A stretch of DNA of 50,271 bases, taken from Macrostomum lignano (lineage: Eukaryota). The notes under the pieces are model-generated. The model did not search any database. It worked only from the letters and a program-made list of their open reading frames with translations, and had not been told where the DNA came from. The stretch lies in assembly GCA_002269645.1 (NCBI GenBank), contig NIVC01004330.1, positions 1-50,271 of the forward strand, written 5' to 3'. The translations under genes were made by a program, and so were the position numbers. This document shows positions 11,494-22,332 of this stretch, piece after piece; within the stretch, counting starts at the first letter, position 1, and every line of letters begins with the position of its first letter.

Positions 11494-14400
11494 TCAGGAG
11501 AAAATGATGCCCGTCCTGCCGTCCCGGTGGACGCAAGAGCAGCTGGTGTAGCCGGATCTGCAGGCAAAGTCCGTGCCCTCGCTGCTCGGCTTCACGCAGT
11601 GCCCGGAAGCGTCCATGCAGTCGACGCTCACAGGGCCCGCCTCGGACTTCTCGGTGCACGAGTAGTGATAGCAGTAGCCCTCTGCCGGCACCTTTGTAGT
11701 CCAGGACGTGCCCAGCTTGTGCTCCGATGAGTCGTGGCCATCAATGCAGTGCCTCTCAAAGCTCACCACCTCCCCAGTTTCTCCATGTCCTGAAGGCGAT
11801 CCCGACTCACCAGTAGTTCCTGTCTCATGGGTTCCAGTCTCCTCACCAGTTCCAGGTTCAATGTCTGAAATTTAAATTTAAGGAAGCTTTGAGGCTGCAT
11901 CAATTTGATCAAACACAGAGCTCAAGCACAAAGCACGCAGATTAATGCTAAACTCAGCTCACGGGTTGGTGGCTTCCTGCCGTATCGGCCAAACACCTGG
12001 ACCTCGCACAGCATCAAGTAGGTCTTGGCAGTAGATTCGATTCGAACTGTACTGCCATAGCGATTGCAATTAAAAGTCCGCGTTGACAAATAGCCAGCAG
12101 TGGAGTGGTAACTGGCACACACTCTCCCATCCACCTTCACGATGATGTTTTTGAGATACCGCGAGCACACCGGGCCGCACAAGCGGGCGTAGATTCGCAC
12201 CTGTTGGATAAAGGCCGGCTTAATGGTCTTTGCCTGCCACCACGGCTTCGTCTGCATTTTCGTATGAGAGCAGGACTTTGCAGTAAAGTGCTGCGCCAGC
12301 TTCCCATCGATGGCTCTGGCGCACGGCGTGTGGGTGGAGCTTTGGCTGCAGTGCTTCAGCGGGAGAAGTGCTGCATGAACAAAAAAGTCAAGGATATTAG
12401 ACAGATATTCTCATTCATACAATTCGCTTTTTGCAACTCCATCTTCTTTCTAATCAAAAGAAACATCACTACTTGAATTGACTGTCGATATTTAGAATTC
12501 TACTAGCACAAGTCAATCACTCCGATAATACTCCCAAATATCAAACAGAAAAGCTAAATATCTCAAAATCCTACCTCCTTTATGAGCCAGCGAAGCATAC
12601 GTTCCGAAAACCTGAACTTCGCACAACATCAGGTACGTTTTCTTCGCCATAGCCTGAATCTCGACGACCTGCCCGACACTGTCGCAGTTGAGAGTGATTG
12701 TCGAACCGAGTCCAACGCCCTTGTGTCTGGCACAGATGTGGCCGTCGACCTTGACGACGATGTGTCTAAAGTTCACCCTACAAGGCGGAGTGCACAGTCG
12801 AGTGTAGATTCGGACCTGCTGGATGTGAGCGAGACGGTTCGTGTTTGCCTGCCACCATGGGTTCTTCTGACGCTTAGTGTGAGCACACGACTTTCCGGAC
12901 CAATACTGGCTGAAGTTATTGTCGATGGCTCTTCGACAGGGTGTATGAGTTGAACTCTGTCTGCAGTCTTGAAGTGGCAGCAGACCTGCAAAACATATTT
13001 TCGATAATCTGTCGGTAACATGTAATGTCGGTAGAACATGTAATTTTGTCAGAGTATACCTAAAACTGCCACCTCTGTAAAAAAAACTTACGTCCTTTGT
13101 GTGCTAACGAGGCGTAGTTTCCGAAAACCTGAACCTCACACAGCATCAGATAGGTCTTCGCTCGAGACCGAATTTCGACTACCTGGCCAACTCTGTTGCA
13201 CTCGAACGTGTGGGTCGAGAGGTAGCCCTTCGTCGATGTGTATCTGGCACAAACGTGCCCATCAACCTTGATGATTAGGTCCTTCAGGTATCTGGAGCAC
13301 ACTGGTCCGCAGAGCCGAGCGTAGATTCGCACCTGTCTGATGTGAGCCAATCGGTTTGTGCTCGCCTGCCACCACGGGCCTTTCTGCATCTTCGTGTGCG
13401 AGCAGGACTTTCCAGGCCAGTGTTGGTTCAGGTTGTTGTCAATGGCTCTCCGACATGGCGTGTGCGTTGAACTCTGCCTGCACTCTTGCAAGGGCAGCAT
13501 ACCTAGATTGGGGAAGTTTTATCGTATAGTTTCGCTCCTAATGGCGACATGATTGTACGATCGAATTCGATGGAGAAATAACCATGTGTGTATTCATGCC
13601 CTGTAGTCTTACTTCCTTTATGAGCCAGAGAAGCATACGTTCCGAAAACCTGGACTTCGCACAACATCAGGTACGTTCTTTTTGCCATAGCCTGAATCTC
13701 TACAACCTGCCCGACTCTGTTGCAGCTGAGAGTGATTGTCGAACCGAGTCCAACGCCCTTGTGTCTGGCACAGACGCGGCCGTCGACCTTGACGACGATG
13801 TGTCTAAAGTACACCCTACAAGGCGGAGTGCACAGTCGAGTGTAGATTCGGACCTGCTTGATGTGAGCGAGACGGTTCGTGTTTGCCTGCCACCATGGGT
13901 TCTTCTGACGCTTAGTGTGAGCACACGACTTTCCGGACCAATGCTGGTTGAGGTTATTGTCGATGGCTCTTCGACAGGGTGTGTGAGTTGAGCTCTGTCT
14001 GCAGTCACTGAGCGGTATTCGGTCTGAAATCGGTGTTTGCAGTCATCTGTACTAATGTGCAAAATGTAAACTTGTGGATGTATTGTAGCTCTTAGCATGA
14101 TAGTAGATGCCAATCAATTTTGGCTAATAATATATGCAAGCTACGAGTGTAAGCCTGTAGACATGCGTGTTAATTTATTTTCTAATTGGAAATATATTTT
14201 AATCCCTCAGCGGTAGAAGCTTATTTTAAGCAAGCTTACGTCCAGTGTGGGCCAGTGAAGCCCATTTTCCGAATGCCTGCACCTCGCACAGCATCAGATA
14301 GGACCGCACAGTGCTGTGGATCTCCAGAATCTGCCCGACTCGGTTGCAATGGAACGTCTTGACAGAGAAGTAGTGGCTCGAGTGGTACGAGGCGCAAGGA

Positions 14401-17400
14401 ACGCCGTCCACCTTGATCACAATGTTGTTCTGGTGCGACGAGCAGCCGGGTCCGCAGAGGCGGTTGTAAATCCGGACTGTGTGGAAGTGCGCCAGTCTGG
14501 GCGTGTTGGCCTGCCACCACGGCTTGTTCTGCATGTTGGTGTGCGAGCAGGAGTTGCCGGACCACTTCTGGTTAGTGTTGCCGTCGATGGCTCGATGGCA
14601 CGGAGTGTGCGTGGAGCTTTGCCTGCATGCCTGCAGGGGCAGCCGAACTGGAGAATTGTTGGTAAGTAAAAGCTATGTGACTTGTGTGAGTACTAATTTT
14701 TGAATGCCACTTTCAGTTGCCAGTAATTGCTTCAAAAAAATAATTGAAGGGTTCGCAGCCACTCATCAGAAAAACGGGGATCCAGCCTGTTGATTATTCT
14801 CTGAATTCCCCGCAGCTGTCTTCTGATTTCACTGCTGGTACCAGAAGGATCATGCTACTCTGCAGCGATAGTATATTCTGTTTGGAAAGAAATATTTTTC
14901 AACTTGCTTAGAGTCTCCCTTAGTTTTTAGTTCACTCACAGGGAGGCAGCTGACCTCTTGCCTTTTCTGAATTTGCTATCAACTACGTATAAAAGTTCCC
15001 AAATACAGATGCAGACAGCCAGCAAATGTTTTTTTTGCACAATCATGCCAAACCCTAACGAGCCAGTTGCATCCGAAGCGCCTAGCACTGTAAGGGCGCT
15101 ACGTGAGAAGCTTCAGAGCCTAGGGCTTTCAACACAAGGCAAAAAATGTGAACTTTTAATGCGGCTGAGGGCGCACCTCGAGGGCATCGCCTCCGACTTT
15201 GAGAATGCGGACGACGAGGACGAGGAGCGAGATGAAGCTGCCGCAGTGACGACGCGTAAAAGAAGAAACGGCGCTATGGCGAAGAGGCAACTGCCTTCTA
15301 TCGCGAACGAGTCGGTACAACATGGTCAAGAGTCTGACGCGGCTGGCGGCCTGGACGACGAGCTGGTGGAGGCTGAGAAGCAGCTCCGACTGCTAAAGCT
15401 ACGCAAGGAGGCCGCTCTGCTTCAGGCGGAAGTCAGCCAAATCAGCGAAGGCCTGCGACATCAAAGAATCCCGGTGAGTTGCTCATTAACCTGTGGTCTG
15501 ACGATGAAGATGCTGCCCAGCAAGAGCCCAGTCGGTTTGTAGGCAAGGTGTACCGAATCCCTGAGTTTATTAACAAGCGGAAGCAGCAGGAAGCAGGAGT
15601 GACTCAGTCCATTGACAAATCAGGGAGAGTCACCTTCAGAGTGAAGGAAGCTGTTGTTGACTCGCTGACGTTTGGAGACTGGATCTCGGCGAATGCTCGA
15701 ATCATTCTGAAGTTGCTGGATGATGGCAGGTTGGTGAAGAGCGGGCTGGGCGGCCAGCCTGATGTGTCAGAGTTGCGTGACTATCTGCGCTACACTGCGC
15801 GCATTGGCGAGCTGTTTGACCTCGGGTTCGACAATGCTCGAGTCATGAGGTTTAATGACGAGTGCAGACTGAGTGAAGATGGCGAGACGTCATGAGAGTC
15901 GCGCGGATCCGACCTTGGTCGAGTTGCCACCTACCTGATGGCCCCACAGAGTGCACCGACTGCCAGAGTTGACCGGGTGCAAAGACAAAGCCTGCAGCCA
16001 CCCTGCTTTGATTTCAACAAGGAAGCTGGATGCTCAAGGCGGAACTGCCGTTTCGCTCATCGGTGCCGGCGTTGTGGACTTGGCCACTCAGCGGCGATGG
16101 CGCACAGGGATGACGGTGCTGAGGTGAGCAGGCCTCTGCACTGACTGCGCGTCGATCCTGTTTTAACTTCCTCTGTTTTATCAACTGACCTAAAGCTGGA
16201 GGCTTGGATGGAAGAGTTGGAGTCGAATGATCTGCCGCAGGACAGAAAGCAGTTTATTCTGAATGTTGTGTCTGAGGGATTTCGGATTACGAATGTGCAG
16301 CGAGAAAACCTGAAGTCTGTCGAGGTCAGCAACTACGAGTCTGTGAATGTTTACGCTGAAGCTGTTCAAATGCAAATTCTGAGAGAAATTCGCCTTGACC
16401 GCTACCGTAGGTGCCCGGATGGGTGGCGGCCTCGGATTGTGAGTACGCTGGGTGCCCTGCCGAAGGATGGCGGTCGGGTACGCCTAATTCACGATTGCAG
16501 TCGGCCGGACAATCTGTCGGTGAACGCGCACTGGGAGAGCAATGAGAAGTTGCGATTTTCAAGCGCTGAAAACTTCGCAAGAAAGTTAACGAGAGGCTGC
16601 TACATGACTAAAGTTGACCTGAGTGAAGCATACCGCGCATGTGGAGTGCACCCAGGAGAATTCGTCAACACCGGTCTCAAGTTCAAGTTTCCTGGCTGCG
16701 CCACTCCCACCTACATGTTTGATACTCGCCTGCCGTTCGGGGCGGCAGCCTCGGTCACGTGCTTTCAACGCCTGAGCAATGCGATTCAGCTGATGATGGT
16801 GCGCAGAGGCTTCATCAACACCGAGTCTTACCTGGACGACTTTGCCTACTGCGGGACGCAGGAGAACTGCCAGCGCTTCTACGTCGATCTGATTGACTTG
16901 CGACTCGGCTGGGATTCATCGTCAATCCGGCCAAGTGTCAGCCGCCGGCGCAGAGGATGTCATTCCTTGGTATTGAGTTCGACACTGTGGAAGGAATCAA
17001 GAAGCTGCCGGATGAGAAGGCAAAGAAGTTGATCAACCTGGTTGGTGCCGAGTCAGCCAAGGTGAGGATTAGTCAGTGGGCCCTCCAACAGGTCATTGGC
17101 AAGTTGGGGTGGGCAGCTCAGGTCATCAGTTGCGGAAGGACCTTCTTGCGTGAGCTGATTGAGCGGTGCAACACCTTACGGCGCGGACAGCGAACGCTGG
17201 TCGACTCCGGGTTACGCAGTCAGCTGAATTGGTGGAAGGTGGCGTTACAGGCGTGCCGATGGGTGCAGCTGTGGCCGAGCTACAATCGAGTTGTGGCGAT
17301 GGAGTCCGATGCGTGCGGCAGAGGTGGTGCGGCGCTGGTGCGTGACCAGGATGGTCTGTTTGACTGGTGCTACCTGGACTGGGAGAAGGATGCAGGATCA

Positions 17401-20400
17401 GTCTTCGCGAACCTGCCGATCAACTACAAGGAAGCGTTGATCCCTCTGCTGACAGTGATGAGGTGGAGGGATGTGCTCAAAGGTTGCAAGGTGAGCATCT
17501 ACTGCGACAACCAGACGGCCTGTCACATCATCAACAAAGGCGTTTCAAAGTGTCCTGCGTTGCAGCGGCTGCTGTAGACGGTGGCTCTGGTGTGTTTGCA
17601 TTTTGGGATGAGCATTCGCGCGTTTCATGTGCCTGGTGATTTTTTAATTTTTGCTGACGCTGCCTCGCGGTTGCATGAGCGAGGCCAGCTGTTAAACTTT
17701 TTACTCCGCTGTTATGGTTTTATTTGCCCAAGCATTCTACAATCACTGCATCAGCATGCTTTTGGCTTGGCGACCGCCTCCTTTCTTCATTTTCAGGCCG
17801 CCCAGCTGCGTCAGACTCTCTTAGCAGCCGCGCCACATCGCTGGTGAGCGCTGCGTACGCACCGAGGTCGGCGCAGGCAGTCAACAGACACGTCCGTGAG
17901 TGGCGGGAGTTCTGCCGCCATACCGGCTGCGATCCAGTGTCCTGCAACGTCACGAGCCTGCTGAACTATTTGGCCAGTCTGATCGGCACACGGCTACATG
18001 CCTACAGCAGCATTTCGGCAGTCTACAGCTCTCTGTCGCTCTGGTTCCGAATTAACTCGTCGCCAGACCTGACTAAGCACGCTTCAGCGGTTCTTCTCCT
18101 ACGCGGCGCTAAACGGGTCCTCGGACTGCGCGTGAACCGAAAGCGGCCTGTGTCGCCTACAATGCTGACGGAGATGCGACGACTAGTTGACGAGACCGAC
18201 AGGCTGCAGCTGGCCTGCTGGGCTGTGACCATCTGCTGCCGGTGGGGAATGCTGCGAAAGTCCAGCCTTCTGCCACGAACTGGCAAGGGCCCGGCCTTTT
18301 CCCGGCGCGCCGACCTACTTCAGCATCCGAAGGGTCTGGTGTTGCGCTGCGAGTTCGGCAAGACCATCCAGTTTAAGGAGCGCAGCCACCTGGTACTGCT
18401 GCCGATATTGGCGCGGCAGCGAGCCCTGTGCCCGGTGAACGCAGTCGAGCGACACATCCGCGCCAACGGATTGAAGTCAGCAGTCACCGCTCTGGTCCTA
18501 CGCCGACGGAAGTGGCGTGGCGGCTTGCGCCTGCTGACTGGGAGGCACCTGGACTGCTTCCTCCGTGACAAGTTTGCCGCAGCCGGCGTTCGACCAGGAT
18601 CTTACTCCGCGCACAGTCTGCGACGAGGAGGAGCTACCTGGGCGTCTGTGCTAGGCCTCCCAGTGTCTGATATCATGCGCATTGGTGATTGGAAAAGTGA
18701 GGCTGTGCAGCGTTATCTCCCCCAGTTTCACCAGGCAGCGGTGGCTGCTGTGACTTTTGCCGGTGGTGTCTCTGCTTTGTTTTAGCTCCCAGCCTTCTGC
18801 TTTTGTTCGCTTGCTCGCTTTGGGTTTGGAGGTCGCTTTTTCGCTGTGCGCCTCCCGCGCGTTGCTCGCCTTGCTCGCCAATTGTCTCAATGCGTCTCTT
18901 TGTGTCTGGCTGGTCACTAAAGGATATTAGACAGATATTCTCGTTCATACAATTCGCTTTTTGCAACTCCATCTTCTTTCTAATCAAAAGAAACATTACT
19001 ACTTGAATTGACTGTCGATTTGTTTAGTTCTACTAGCACTTTTACTCCGATCTTACCCCAAATATCAAACAGAAAAGCGAAATAGATACTCTCAAAATCC
19101 TACCTCCTTTATGAGCCAGCGAAGCATACGTTCCGAAAACCTGGACTTCGCACAACATCAGGTACGTTCTTTTTGCCATAGCCTGAATCTCTACAACCTG
19201 CCCGACTCTGTTGCAGCTGAGAGTGATTGTCGAACCGAGTCCAACGCCCTTGTGTCTGGCACAGATGTGGCCGTCGACCTTGACGACGATGTGTCTAAAG
19301 TTCACCCTACAAGGCGGAGTGCACAGTCGAGTGTAGATTCGGACCTGCTGGATGTGTGCGAGACGGTTCGTGTTTGCCTGCCACCATGGGTTCTTCTGAC
19401 GCTTAGTGTGAGCACACGACTTTCCGGACCAATACTGGCTGAAGTTATTGTCGATGGCTCTCCGACAGGGTGTGTGAGTTGAACTCTGTCTGCAGTCTTG
19501 AAGTGGCAGCAGACCTGCAAAACATATTTTCGATAATCTGTCGGTAACATGTAATGTCGGTCGAACATGTAATTTTGTCAGAGTATGCCTAAAACTGCCA
19601 CCTCTGTAAAAAAAACTTACGTCCTTTGTGTGCTAACGAGGCGTAGTTTCCGAAAACCTGAACCTCACACAGCATCAGATAGGTCTTCGCTCGAGACCGA
19701 ATTTCGACTACCTGGCCAACTCTGTTGCACTCGAACGTGTGGGTCGAGAGGTAGCCCTTCGTCGATGTGTATCTGGCACAAACGTGCCCATCAACCTTGA
19801 TGATTAGGTCCTTCAGGTATCTGGAGCACACTGGTCCGCAGAGCCGAGCGTAGATTCGCACCTGTCTGATGTGAGCCAATCGGTTTGTGCTCGCCTGCCA
19901 CCACGGGCCTTTCTGCATCTTCGTGTGCGAGCAGGACTTTCCAGGCCAGTGTTGGTTCAGGTTGTTGTCAATGGCTCTCCGACATGGCGTGTGCGTTGAA
20001 CTCTGCCTGCACTCTTGTAAGGGCAGCATACCTAGATTGGGAAAGTTTTATCGTATAGTTTCGCTCCTAATGGCGACATGATTGTACGATCGAATTCGAT
20101 GGAGAAATAACCATGTGCGTATTCATGCCCTGTAGTCTTACTTCCTTTATGAGCCAGAGAAGCATACGTTCCGAAAACCTGGACTTCGCACAACATCAGG
20201 TACGTTCTTTTTGCCATAGCCTGAATCTCTACAACCTGCCCGACTCTGTTGCAGTTGAGAGTGATTGTCGAACCGAGTCCAACGCCCTTGTGTCTGGCAC
20301 AGATGTGGCCGTCGACCTTGACGACGATGTGTCTAAAGTACACCCTACAAGGCGGAGTGCACAGTCGAGTGTAGATTCGGACCTGCTGGATGTGCGCGAG

Positions 20401-22234
20401 CCGGTTCGTGTTTGCCTGCCACCATGGGTTCTTCTGACGCTTAGTGTGAGCACACGACTTTCCAGGCCAGTGTTGGTTGAGGTTATTGTCGATGGCTCTC
20501 CGACAGGGTGTGTGAGTTGAGCTCTGTCTGCAGTCTTGCAGAGGCAGTTTGGCTAAAATGGTTTCGGTACGAATGCATCATAAAATATCCTTGTTAGCAT
20601 CAGAATGCAAAATCTGTACTAAATGATAGACTGGATTGCGTGACTTACCGCCTTTATGAGCCAGAGAAGCATACGTTCCGAAAACCTGGACTTCGCACAA
20701 CATCAGGTACGTTCTTTTTGCCATAGCCTGAATCTCTACAATCTGCCCGACCCTGTTGCAGCTGAGAGTGATTGTCGAACCGAGTCCAACGCCCTTGTGT
20801 CTGGCACAGATGTGGCCGTCGACCTTGACGACGATGTGTCTAAAGTACACCCTACAAGGCGGAGTGCACAGTCGAGTGTAGATTCGGACCTGCTTGATGT
20901 GAGCGAGACGGTTCGTGTTTGCCTGCCACCATGGGTTCTTCTGACGCTTAGTGTGAGCACACGACTTTCCGGACCAATGCTGGTTGAGGTTATTGTCGAT
21001 GGCTCTTCGACAGGGTGTGTGAGTTGAGCTCTGTCTGCAGTCACTGAGCGGTATTCGGTCTGAAATCGGTGTTTGCAGTCATCTGTACTAATGTGCAAAA
21101 TGTAAACTTGTGGATGTATTGTAGCTCTTAGCATGATAGTAGATGCCAATCAATTTTGGCTAATAATATATGCAAGCTACGAGTGTAAGCCTGTAGACAT
21201 GCGTGTTAATTTATTTTCTAATTGGAAATATATTTTAATCCCTCAGCGGTAGAAGCTTATTTTAAGCAAGCTTACGTCCAGTGTGGGCCAGTGAAGCCCA
21301 TTTTCCGAATGCCTGCACCTCGCACAGCATCAGATAGGACCGCACATTGCTGTGGATCTCCAGAATCTGCCCGACTCGGTTGCAATGGAACGTCTTGACA
21401 GAGAAGTAGTGGCTCGAGTGGTACGAGGCGCAAGGAACGCCGTCCACCTTGATCACAATGTTGTTCTGGTGCGACGAGCAGCCGGGTCCGCAGAGGCGGT
21501 TGTAAATCCGGACTGTGTGGAAGTGCGCCAGTCTGGGCGTGTTGGCCTGCCACCACGGCTTGTTCTGCATGTTGGTGTGCGAGCAGGAGTTGCCGGACCA
21601 CTTCTGGTTAGTGTTGCCGTCGATGGCTCGATGGCACGGAGTGTGCGTGGAGCTTTGCCTGCATGCCTGCAGGGGCAGCCGAACTGGAGAATTGTTGGTA
21701 AGTAAAAGTTATGTGACTTGTGTGAGTACTAATTTTTGAATGCCACTTTCAGTTGCCAGTAATTGCTTCAAAAAAATAATTGAAGGGTTCGCAGCCACTC
21801 ATCAGAAAAACGGGGATCCAGCCTGTTGATTATTCTCTGAATTCCCCGCAGCTGTCTTCTGATTTCACTGCTGGTACCAGAAGGATCATGCTACTCTGCA
21901 GCGATGGTATATTTTGTTTGGAAAGAAATATTTTTCAACTTGCTTAGAGTCTCCCTTAGTTTTTAGTTCACTCACAGGGAGGCAGCTGACCTCTTGCCTT
22001 TTCTGAATTTGCTATCAACTACGTATAAAAGTTCCCAAATACAGATGCAGACAGCCAGAAAATGTTTGTCATAACGGAGGACACTAAGTACTGCTAAGCA
22101 TGCTAACTGCATGGCACCATTCAAAGTTTACTTGAGAAACATTGAGCACAGAAAACAAAGGGTGGCAACTCACTTGCGGCAGAGAAGCTGCACAAAATCG
22201 ACACCAGCAGAAGCGCCCTGAAGACTCTCTGCAT
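11494..22234 (-). CDS. Secreted multi-domain F-type lectin-like protein: signal exon + ten FTL cassette exons + linker/VWC-like exon (~1510 aa if all exons are joined)
   Basis: Exons: 22234-22174 (signal MQRVFRALLLVSILCSFSAA), A 21683-21276, B 21059-20649, C 20552-20142, D 20031-19621, E 19514-19104, A' 14647-14240, BC' 14023-13613, D' 13502-13092, E' 12985-12575, F 12370-11963, last 11864-11494. All have GT-AG boundaries in phase 1 and I saw no internal stops. Each cassette reads C.QSS.H.PC.RAID.N...SC.HT....PWWQ...V.IY.RLC...I.VKVDG..CA...C...G..VEI...YLMLCEVQ.FG, the fucolectin/FTP fold signature. Confidence 0.85.
12390..15031. repeat. Lower copy of the intragenic tandem duplication (exons A', BC', D', E')
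   Basis: Near-identical to 18920-22067 including introns, but 507 bp shorter. Homology starts at AAGGATATTAG (12390 vs 18920) and ends at CAGACAGCCAG.AAATGTTT (~15031 vs ~22067). Confidence 0.95.
15045..16144 (+). pseudogene. Gag-like ORF1 of the YR retrotransposon (SAP-like N-terminus, C-terminal Cys/His finger), disrupted
   Basis: SAP-like TVRALREKLQSLGLSTQGKKCELLMRL. Core DWISANARIILKLL...DYLRYTARIGEL. Finger CFDFNKEAGCSRRNCRFAHRCRRCGLGH. Frameshift near 15440-15480 and in-frame TGA at 15893-15895. Confidence 0.75.
16208..17847 (+). pseudogene. Reverse transcriptase / RNase H of the YR retrotransposon, disrupted
   Basis: RLIHDCSRP, KVDLSEAYR, LPFGAAAS, YLDDF, FLGIEFD, ESDACGRGG, INYKE, IYCDN, HVPG...ADAASR. 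1-bp frameshift near 16901 and in-frame TAG at 17575-17577. Confidence 0.92.
17724..18785 (+). CDS. Tyrosine recombinase (DIRS/Ngaro type), open reading frame intact
   Basis: N-terminal SAAYAPRS...WREFC. Catalytic set retained: MLRKSSLL (R), GKTIQF (K), CPV, HSLRRGGAT (HxxR), IGDWKSEAVQRYL (W and nucleophile Y). Confidence 0.9.
   Translation: MPKHSTITASACFWLGDRLLSSFSGRPAASDSLSSRATSLVSAAYAPRSAQAVNRHVREWREFCRHTGCDPVSCNVTSLLNYLASLIGTRLHAYSSISAVYSSLSLWFRINSSPDLTKHASAVLLLRGAKRVLGLRVNRKRPVSPTMLTEMRRLVDETDRLQLACWAVTICCRWGMLRKSSLLPRTGKGPAFSRRADLLQHPKGLVLRCEFGKTIQFKERSHLVLLPILARQRALCPVNAVERHIRANGLKSAVTALVLRRRKWRGGLRLLTGRHLDCFLRDKFAAAGVRPGSYSAHSLRRGGATWASVLGLPVSDIMRIGDWKSEAVQRYLPQFHQAAVAAVTFAGGVSALF
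18920..22067. repeat. Upper copy of the intragenic tandem duplication (exons A, B, C, D, E)
   Basis: Near-identical to 12390-15031 apart from one additional exon+intron unit. Confidence 0.95.
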
Positions 22235-22324
22235 GTCTCTTTAATTCGCCTTTTTGTCAGTCTTTGGTTCGAAAAACTCTTTTTCTGAGCGCAGCGTGCT
22301 CCGATTTCTGAGTTTATGAGGCGT

Positions 22325-22332
22325 CTCTTATA
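22325..22332 (-). promoter_or_regulatory. Candidate TATA box of the F-type lectin gene
   Basis: TATAAGAG on the minus strand ~90 bp upstream of the signal-peptide ATG at 22234. Confidence 0.35.

Larger units (their letters stand above)
15032..18919 (+). mobile_element. Ngaro-like (DIRS order) tyrosine-recombinase retrotransposon, decayed, no terminal repeats discernible
   Basis: Order is gag-like ORF1, RT/RNase H, then an overlapping tyrosine recombinase ORF, with no methyltransferase after RNase H, as in Ngaro. Both ends abut duplicated host intron sequence. Confidence 0.88.

Noticed and set aside
12582-21149. Recurrent ORFs such as MSQRSIRSENL... and ...HPVEEPSTITS...
   Set aside because: Antisense or off-frame readings of the lectin cassette exons.
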